Below are positions 53,101 through 64,000 of a DNA stretch of 64,000 nucleotides, in pieces (position 1 is the stretch's first letter; the number at the start of each line of letters is the position of its first letter). Origin of the DNA: Eledone cirrhosa (Eukaryota); assembly GCA_964016885.1 (NCBI GenBank), contig OZ024743.1, positions 162,502,001 to 162,566,000 of the forward strand, written 5' to 3'. The notes below the pieces were generated by a model that worked only from the letters and a program-made list of their open reading frames with translations, did not search any database and was not told the origin of the DNA. The translations under genes and the position numbers were made by a program.

Positions 53101-56100
53101 CACACTGTCCATTTAGATAACCAGACCACCACACTGTCCATTTAGATAACCAGACCACCACACTTTCCATTTAGATAACCAGACCACCACACTGTCCATT
53201 GAGATAACCAGACCACCACACTGTCCATTTAGATAACCAGACCACCACACTGACCATTTAGATGACCAGACAACCACACTGTCCATTTAGATAACCAGAC
53301 CACCTCACTGTCCATTGAGATAACCAGACCACCACACTGTCCATTTAGATAACCAGACCACCACACTGTCCATTTAGATAACCAGACCACCACGCTGTCT
53401 ATCAGATAACCAGACGACCACACTTTCCATTTAGATAACCAGACCACCACACTGACCCATTAGATAACCAGACCATCACACTGTCCATTTAGATAACCAG
53501 ACCAACACGCTGTTCATTTAGATAACCAAACCAGCACACGGACCATTTAGATCGCCAGACCACCACACTGACCATTTAGATAACCATACCACTACACTGA
53601 CCATTGAAATAAAGAGACCACAACACTGACCATTTAGATAACCAGACCACCACACTGACCATTGAGATAACAAGACGACCAAACTCTCCATTTAGATAAC
53701 CAGACCATCACACTGACCATTTAGATAACCAGACCACCACACTGACCATTGAGATAACCAGACCACCACACTGTCCATTGAGATAATCAGACCACCACAC
53801 TGTCCATTTAGATAACCAGACCACCACACTGTCCATTCAGATAACCCGACCACCACACTGTCAATTGAGATAACCAGACCACCACATTGTCCATTGAGAT
53901 AACCAGACCACCACACTGACGAATTAGATAACCGGACCATCACACTGCCCATAGAGAGAACCAAGCCACCACATTTTCCATTGAGATAACCAGACCACCA
54001 CACTGACAATTTAGATAACCAGACGACCACACTGTCCATTTAGATAACCAGACCACCACACCGACCAATTAGATAACCAGACCACCACATTGTCCATTGA
54101 GATAACCATACCACCACACTGTCCATTTAGATGACCAGACCACCACAGTGACCATTTAGATTACCAGACCACCACACTGACCATATAGATAACCAGACCA
54201 CCACACTGACCATTTAGATAACCAAACCACCACACTGACCATATAGATAACCAGACAACCACACTGACCATTTAGATAACCAGACCACCACACTGACAAT
54301 TTAGATAACCAGACGACCACACTTTCCATCTAGATAACCAGACCACCACACTGACCAATTAGATAACCAGACCACCACATTGTCCATTGAGATAACCATT
54401 CCACCACACTGTCCATTTAGATAACCAGACCACCACAGTGACCATTTAGATTACCAGACCACCACACTGACCATATAGATAACCAGACCACCACACTGAC
54501 CATTTAGATAACCAAACCACCACACTGACCATATAGATAACCAGACCACCACACTGACCATTTAGATAACCAGACCACCACACTGACCATTTAGACAACC
54601 AGATCACCACACTGACCATATAGATAACCAGACCACCACACTAACCATTTAGATAAGCAAACCAACACACTGACCATATAGATAACCAGACCATCACACT
54701 GACCATTTAGATAACCAGACAACCACACTGACCATTTAGATAACCATACCACCACACTGACCATTTAGATAACCAGACCACCACACTGTCCATTTAGATA
54801 ACGACGCCACAACACTGACCAATTAGATAACCAGACCACCACACTGTCCATTTAGATAACCAGACCACCACACTGTCCATTGAGATAACGACACCACAAC
54901 ACTGACCAATTAGATAACCAGACCACCACACTGACCATGTACATGACCAGACCACCAGACTAACTATTGAGATAACCAGACCACCACACTGACCATTTAG
55001 ATAACCAGACCACCACACTGACCATTGAGATAACCAGACCACCACACTGTCCGTTTAGATAACCAGACTATCACACTGTCCATTTAGATAACCAGACCAC
55101 CACACTGTCCATCAGATAACCAGTCGACTACACTTTCCATTTAGATAACCAGACCATCACACTGTCCATTGAGATAACCAGACCACCACACCGTCCATTA
55201 GATGACCAGACCACCACACTGTCCATCAGATAACCAGACCAGCACACTGTCCATTTGGATAACCAGACCAACACACTGTCGTTCAGATAACCCGAAGACC
55301 AGACTAACCATCTAGATAACCAGACCACCACACTGACCATTGAGATTACAAGACCACCACAATGACCATCAAATAACCAGACCACCACACTAACAATTTA
55401 AATAACCAAACCACCTCACTGTCCATCAGATAACCAGACGACCACACTGACCATCTAGATAACCAGATCACCACACTGACCAATTAGATAACCAGACCAC
55501 CACACTGACCATCTAGATGAGCAGACCACCACACTAACTACTGAGATCACCAGACCATCACACTGTCCATTGAGATATCCAGACCACCACACTGATCATT
55601 TAGATAACCAGACCATCACACTGACCATTGAGATAAGCAGACAAACCACACTGACCATCTAGATAACCAAACCACCACACTGTCCATCAGATATGCAGAC
55701 GACCACCCTGTCCACTCAGATAACCAGACGACCACACTTCCATTTAGATAACCAGACCTCTACACTGTTCATTGAGATGACCAGACCACCACACTGCCCA
55801 TTTAGATAACCAGACCACCACACTGTCCATTTAGATATCTATACCACCACTCTCCATTGAGATAACCAGGCCACCACACTGTCCATTCAGATAATCAGAC
55901 CACCACACTGACCAATTACATAACCAGACCATCACACTGTCCATTGAGATAACCAGAGCACCAAACTTTCCATTCAGATAACCAGACCACCACACTGACC
56001 ATTGCGATTACAAGACCACCACACTGACAATTTAGATAACCAGACCACCACACTGTCCATTTAGATAACCAGACTACCACACTGACCATTTAGATAACCA

Positions 56101-59100
56101 GACCACCACACTGTCCATTGAGATAAACCAGACCACCACACTGTCCATTGAAATAACTAGACTACCACACTGACCATCTAGATATCCAGACCACCACACT
56201 CCCCATTCAGATAACCAGACCACCACACTGTCCATCTAGATATCCAGACCACCACACTGACCATTGAGATGACCAGACCACCACACTCTCGATCAAATAA
56301 CCAGACCACCACGCTGTCCATTGAAATAACTAGACCACCACACTGACCATTTAGATAACCAGACCACCACACTGTCCATTTAGATAACCAGTCCACCACA
56401 CTGTCCATCAGATAACCAGAGGACCACACTGACCATCTAGATAACCAGACCACTACAGTGACGATTTAGATAACCAGACCACCACACTGACCATTTAGAT
56501 AACCAGACCACCACACTCCCCATTCAGATAACCAGACCACCACACTGTCCATCTAGATATCCAGACCACCACACTGACCATTGAGATGACCAGACCATCA
56601 CACTCTCCATCAAATAACCAGACGACCACAGTGTCCATTGAGATAACCAAACCACCACATTGTCCATTGAGATAACCAGACCACCATACTGACCATTTAG
56701 ATAACCAGACCATCACACTGACCATTGAATAACCAGAACACCACACTGACCATCTAGATAACCAGACCACCACACTGTCCATTTAGATAACCAGACTATC
56801 ACACTGTCCATTTAGACAACCAGACCACCACACTGACCATTGAGATTACAAGACCACCACACTGACCATCTAGATAACCAGACCACCAGACTGTCCAATT
56901 AGATAACCAGACCACCACACTGTCCATTAGATAACAAGACCACCACACTGACCATCTAGTTAACCAGACCACACTGACCATTGAGATGACCAGACGACCA
57001 CATTTTCCGTTAAACAACCAGACCACCACACTGTCCGTTTAGATAACCAGAGCACCACACTGTCCATTTAGATAACCAGACCACCACACTGACCCATTAG
57101 ATAACCAGACCATCACACTGTCCATTTAGATAACCAGACCACCACGCTGTTCATTTAGATAACCAAACCAGCACACGGACCATTTAGATAACCAGACCAC
57201 CACACTGACCATTTAGATAACCAGACGACCAAACTCTCCATTTAGATAACCAGACCATCAGACTGACCATTTAGATAACCAGACCACCACACTGACCATT
57301 GAGATAACCAGACCACCACACTGTCCATCAGATGACCTGACGACCACATTTTGCATTTAGATAACCAGACCACCACACTGACCATCTAGATGAGCAGACC
57401 ACCACACTAACTACTGAGATCACCAGACCATCACACTGTCCATTGAGATAACCAGACCACCACACTGTCCATTGAGATATCCAGACCACCACACTGATCA
57501 TTTAGATAACCAGACCATCACACTGACCATGGAGATAAGCAGACAAACCACACTGACCATCTAGATAACCAAACCACCACACTGTCCATCAGATATGCAG
57601 ACGACCACACTGTCCACTTAGATAACCAGACCACCACACTGTCCATTTAGATAACCAGACCATCACACTGTCCATCAGATAACCAGACGACCACACTTCC
57701 ATTTAGATAACCAGACCTTCACACTGTCCATTGAGATGACCAGACCACCACACTGCCCATTTAGATAACCAGACCACCACACTGTCCATCAGATAATCAG
57801 ACGACCACACTGTCCATTTAGATAACCAGACCACCACACTGTCCATCAGATAATCAGACGACCACACTGTCCAGTTAGATAACCAGACCACCACACTGTC
57901 CATCAGATAATCAGACGACCACACTGTCCATTTAGATAACCAGACCACCACACTGTCCATCAGATAATCAGACGACCACACTGTCCATTTAGATAACCAG
58001 ACCACCACACTGTCCATCAGATAATCAGACGACCACACTGTCCATTTAGATAACCAGACCACCACACTGACCATTTAGATAACCAGGCCACCACACTGTC
58101 CATTCAGATAATCAGACCACCACACTGACCATTGCGATTACAAGACCACCACACTGACAATTTAGATAACCAGACCACCACACTGTCCATTTAGATAACC
58201 AGACCACCACACTGACCATTTAGATAACCAGACCACCACACTGTCCATTCAGATAACCCAACCACCACACTGTCAATTGAGATAACCAGACCACCACATT
58301 GTCCATTGAGATAACCAGACCACCACACTGACGAATTAGATAACCGGACCATCACACTGTCCATAGAGAGAACCAAGCCACCACATTTTCCATTGAGATA
58401 ACCAGACCACCACACTGACAATTTAGATAACCAGACGACCACACTGTCCATTTAGATAACCAGACCACCACACTGTCCATCAGATAATCAGACGACCACA
58501 CTGTCCATTTAGATAACCAGACCACCACACTGACCATTTAGATAACCAGACCACCACACTGTCCATTTAGATATCTATACCACCACTCTCCATTGAGATA
58601 ACCAGGCCACCACACTGTCCATTCAGATAATCAGACCACCACACTGACCATTGCGATTACAAGACCACCACACTGACAATTTAGATAACCAGACCACCAC
58701 ACTGTCCATTTAGATAACCAGACTACCACACTGACCATTTAGATAACCAGACCACCACACTGTCCATTCAGATAACCCGACCACCACACTGTCAATTGAG
58801 ATAACCAGACCACCACATTGTCCATTGAGATAACCAGACCACCACACTGACGAATTAGATAACCGGACCATCACACTGTCCATAGAGAGAACCAAGCCAC
58901 CACATTTTCCATTGAGATAACCAGACCACCACACTGACAATTTAGATAACCAGACGACCACACTGTCCATTTAGATAACCAGACCACCACACTGTCCATC
59001 AGATAATCAGACGACCACACTGTCCATTTAGATAACCAGACCACCACACTGTCCATTTAGATATCTATACCACCACTCTCCATTGAGATAACCAGGCCAC

Positions 59101-62100
59101 CTCACTGTCCATTCAGATAATCAGACCACCACACTGACCATTGCGATTACAAGACCACCACACTGACAATTTAGATAACCAGACCACCACACTGTCCATT
59201 TAGATAACCAGATTACCACACTGACCATTTAGATAACCAGACCACCACACTGTCCATTCAGATAACCCGACCACCACACTGTCAATTGAGATAACCAGAC
59301 CACCACATTGTCCATTGAGATAACCAGACCACCACACTGACGAATTAGATAACCGGACCATCACACTGTCCATAGAGAGAACCAAGCCACCACATTTTCC
59401 ATTGAGATAACCAGACCACCACACTGACAATTTAGATAACCAGACGACCACACTGTCCATTTAGATAACCAGACCACCACACTGTCCATCAGATAATCAG
59501 ACGACCACACTGTCCATTTAGATAACCAGACCACCACACTGTCCATTTAGATATCTATACCACCACTCTCCATTGAGATAACCAGGCCACCTCACTGTCC
59601 ATTCAGATAACCATACCACCACACTGTCCATTTAGATAACCAGACCACCACATTGTCCATTGAGATAACCATACCACCACACTGTCCATTTAGATAACCA
59701 GACCACCACAGTGACCATTTAGATTACCATACCACCACACTGACCATATAGATAACCAGACCACCACACTGACCATTTAGATAACCAGACCACCACACTG
59801 ACCAAATAGATAACCAGACCACCACACTGACCATTTAGATAACCAGACCACCACACTGACAATTTAGATAACCAGACGACCACACTTTCCATCTAGATAA
59901 CCAGACCACCACACAGACCAATTAGATAACCAGACCACCACATTGTCCATTGAGATAACCATACCACCATACTGTCCATTTAGATAACCAGACCACCACA
60001 GTGACCATTTAGATTACCAGACCACCACGCTGACCATATAGATAACCAGACCACCACACTGACCATTTAGATAACCAGACCACCACACTGACCATATAGA
60101 TAACCAGACCACCACACTGACCATTTAGATAACCAGACCACCACACTGACCATTTAGACAACCAGATCACCACACTGACCATATAGATAACCAGACCACC
60201 ACACTGACCATTTAGATAAGCAAACCAACACACTGACCATATAGATAACCAGACCACCACACTGACCATTTAGATAACCAGACAACCACACTGACCATTT
60301 AGATAACCATACCACCACACTGACCATTTAGATAACCAGACCACCACACTGTCCATTTAGATAACCAGACCACCACAGTGTCTATTGAGATAACCAGACC
60401 ACCACATTTTCCATTGAGATAAACAGACCACCACACTGACCAATTAGATAACCGGACCATCACACTGTCCATTTAGATAACCAGACCACCACAGTGTCTA
60501 TTGAGATAACCAGACCACCACATTTTCCATGGAGAAAAACAGACCACCACACTGACCATTTAGATAACCAGACCACCACACTGTCCATTTAGATAACAAG
60601 ACCACCACACTGACCATTTCGATAACCAGACCACCACACTGACCATTGAGATAACCAGACCACCACACTGACCAATTAGATAACCAGAGCATCATACTGT
60701 CCAATTAGATAACCAGACCACCACACTGACCATTGAGATAACCAGACCACCACACTGACCAATTAGATAACCAGAGCATCATACTGTCCAATTAGATAAC
60801 CAGACCACCACACTGTCCATTTAGATAACCAGACCACCACACTGTCCATTGAGATAACGACACCACCACACAGACCATCTAGATAACCTGACCGCCACAC
60901 TGACCATTGAGATAACCAGACCACCATACTGACCATTTAGATAACCAGACGACCACACTTTCTATTTAGATAACCAGACCACCACACTGTCCATTTATAT
61001 AACCAGACCACCACACGTTCCATTTAGATAACCAGACCACCACAATGTCCATTTATATAACCAGACCACCACACTGTCCATTGAGATAACCAGACCACCA
61101 CACTGACCATCTAGATAACCAGACCACCACACTGACCATTTAGATAACCAGACAACCACACTGACCATTTAGATAACCAGACCACCACACTGACCATTTA
61201 GATAACCAGACAACCACACTGACCATTTAGATAACCAGACCACCACACTGACCATTTAGATAACCAGACCACCACACTGTCCATTTAGATAACCAGACCA
61301 CCACACTGTCCATTCAGATAACCAGACCACCACACTGTCCATTCAGATAACCCGACCACCACACTGTCAATTGAGATAACCAGACCACCACATTGTCCAT
61401 TGAGATAACCAGACCACCACACTGACGAATTAGATAACCGGACCATCACACTGCCCATAGAGAGAACCAAGCCCCCACATTTTCCATTGAGATAACCAGA
61501 CCACCACACTGACAATTTAGATAACCAGACGACCACACTTTCCATCTAGATAACCAGACCACCACACTGACCAATTAGATAACCAGACCACCACATTGTC
61601 CATTGAGATAACCATACCACCACACTGTCCATTTAGATGACCAGACCACCACAGTGACCATTTAGATTACCAGACCACCACACTGACCATATAGATAACC
61701 AGACCACCACACTGACCATTTAGATAACCAAACCACCACACTGACCATATAGATAACCAGACAACCACACTGACCATTTAGATAACCAGACCACCACACT
61801 GACAATTTAGATAACCAGACGACCACACTTTCCATCTAGATAACCAGACCACCACACTGACCATATAGATAACCAGACCACCACACTGACCATTTAGATA
61901 ACCAGACCACCACACTGTCCATTTAGATAACCAGACCACCACACTGTCCATTTAGATAACCAGACCACCACACTGTCCATTTAGATAACCAGACCACCAC
62001 ACTGTCCATTTAGATAACCAGACCACCACACTGTCAATCAGATAACCAGTCGACTACACTTTCCATTTAGATAACCAGACCACCACACTGTCCATTGAGA

Positions 62101-64000
62101 TAACCAGACCACCACACTTTCCATTTAGATAACCAGACCACCACACTGTCCATTTAGATAACCAGACCACCACACTGTCCATTTAGATAACCAGACCACC
62201 ACACTTTCCATTTAGATAACCAGACCACCACACTGTCCAAAGAGATAACCAGACCACCACACTGTCCATTTAGATAACCAGACCACCACACTGTCCATTT
62301 AGATAACCAGACCACCACACTGTCCATTTAGATAACCAGACCACAACACTGTCCATTTAGATAACCAGACCACCACACTTTCCATTTAGATAACCAGACC
62401 ACCACACTGTCCATTGAGATAACCAGACCACCACACTGTCCATTTAGATAACCAGACCACCACACTGACCATTTAGATAACCAGACAACCACACTGTCCA
62501 TTTAGATAACCAGACCACCTCACTGTCCATTGAGATAACCAGACCACCACACTGTCCATTTAGATAACCAGACCACCACACTGTCCATTTAGATAACCAG
62601 ACCACCACGCTGTCTATCAGATAACCAGACGACCACACTTTCCATTTAGATAACCAGACCACCACACTGACCCATTAGATAACCAGACCATCACACTGTC
62701 CATTTAGATAACCAGACCAACACGCTGTTCATTTAGATAACCAAACCAGCACACGGACCATTTAGATCGCCAGACCACCACACTGACCATTTAGATAACC
62801 ATACCACTACACTGACCATTGAAATAAAGAGACCACAACACTGACCATTTAGATAACCAGACCACCACACTGACCATTGAGATAACAAGACGACCAAACT
62901 CTCCATTTAGATAACCAGACCATCACACTGACCATTTAGATAACCAGACCACCACACTGACCATTGAGATAACCAGACCACCACACTGTCCATTGATATA
63001 ATCAGACCACCACACTGTCCATTTAGATAACCAGACCATCACACTGACCATTTAGATAACCAGACCACCATATTGAACGTCTAGATAACCAGACCACCAG
63101 GCTGACCATTTAGATAACCAGACCATCACACTGACCATTGAGATAACCAGACCACCACTCTGACCATTTAGATTACCAGACCACCACACTGTCCATTTAG
63201 ATACCAAGACCACCACACTGTCCATTTAGATTACCAGACCACCACACTTTCCATTTAGATAACCAGACCACCACACTGTCCCTTTATATAACCAGACCAC
63301 CACACTTTCCGTTTAGATAACCAGACCACCACACTGTCCATTTATATAACCCGACCACCACACTGTCCATCAGATGACCTGACAACCACATTTTCCATTT
63401 AGATAACCAGACCACCACACTGTCCATTGAGATAACCAGACCACCACACTGTCCATTTAGATAACCAGACCACCACACTGTCCATTTAGATAACCAGACC
63501 ACCACACTGTCCATTTAGATAACCAGACCACCACAGTGTCTATTGAGATAACCAGACCACCACATTTTCCATTGAGATAACCAGACCACCACACTGACCA
63601 ATTAGATAACCGGACCATCACACTGTCCATTTAGATAACCAGACCACCACAGTGTCTATTGAGATAACCAGACCACCACATTTTCCATGGAGAAAAACAG
63701 ACCACCACACTGACCATTTAGATAACCAGACCACCACACTGTCCATTTAGATAACAAGACCACCACACTGACCATTTCGATAACCAGACCACCACACTGA
63801 CCATTGAGATAACCAGACCACCACACTGACCAATTAGATAACCAGAGCATCATACTGTCCAATTAGATAACCAGACCACCACACTGTCCATTTAGATAAC
63901 CAGACCACCACACTGTCCATTGAGATAACGACACCACCACACAGACCATCTAGATAACCTGACCGCCACACTGACCATTGAGATAACCAGACCACCATAC
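29153..64000. repeat. 29-bp satellite array, consensus AGATAACCAGACCACCACACTGWCCATTT, about 1,200 monomers, continuing past the window end
   Basis: Head-to-tail repeats in a single orientation with occasional 28/30-bp variants and no spacers. Diagnostic variants recur at kb-scale periods. Confidence 0.98.

Noticed and set aside
30018-63862. Many minus-strand ORFs (MDSVVVWLSKW...GQCGGLVI)
   Set aside because: These are translations of the 29-bp repeat cycling through three frames (87-bp period). They open only where a variant removes the recurring stop.
29153-64000. CRISPR-like appearance of a 29-bp repeat
   Set aside because: Monomers are directly head-to-tail with no unique spacers, there are no cas genes, and the context is eukaryotic.

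Overview
Eukaryotic, repeat-dominated window with no supportable host gene. The SINE motifs recall octopod cephalopod families, so the source is probably an octopus-like mollusc (inference). Bases 1-29,150 are a nested cluster of decayed mobile elements, most sitting in or next to microsatellites: two minus-strand Tx1/L1-clade LINEs, one plus-strand R4/Dong-type RLE LINE, several Penelope-like elements (Naiad-type GIY-YIG copies and other fragments), an RTE LINE fragment, tRNA-derived SINEs, a Helitron-like element with a 3'-type terminus at both ends, and a TA-flanked MITE. Bases ~29,153-64,000 are one uninterrupted 29-bp satellite (about 1,200 monomers) with layered, variable higher-order repeats. 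Most interesting observations: (1) two convergent minimal hammerhead ribozymes at 19.3-19.5 kb; (2) a CA-rich, hammerhead-bearing Penelope-like family with no visible C-terminal endonuclease; (3) an (AAT)n-targeting group of Dong, Tx1 and SINE, including a 28-bp antisense mini-Tx1 with an 18-bp TSD and a possible Tx1-SINE 3'-tail partnership; (4) a candidate HDV-like fold at the Dong 5' end; (5) a fold-back, patchwork inverted Penelope copy; (6) an 18,662-bp long-range period in the satellite. All alignments and folds were done by eye.
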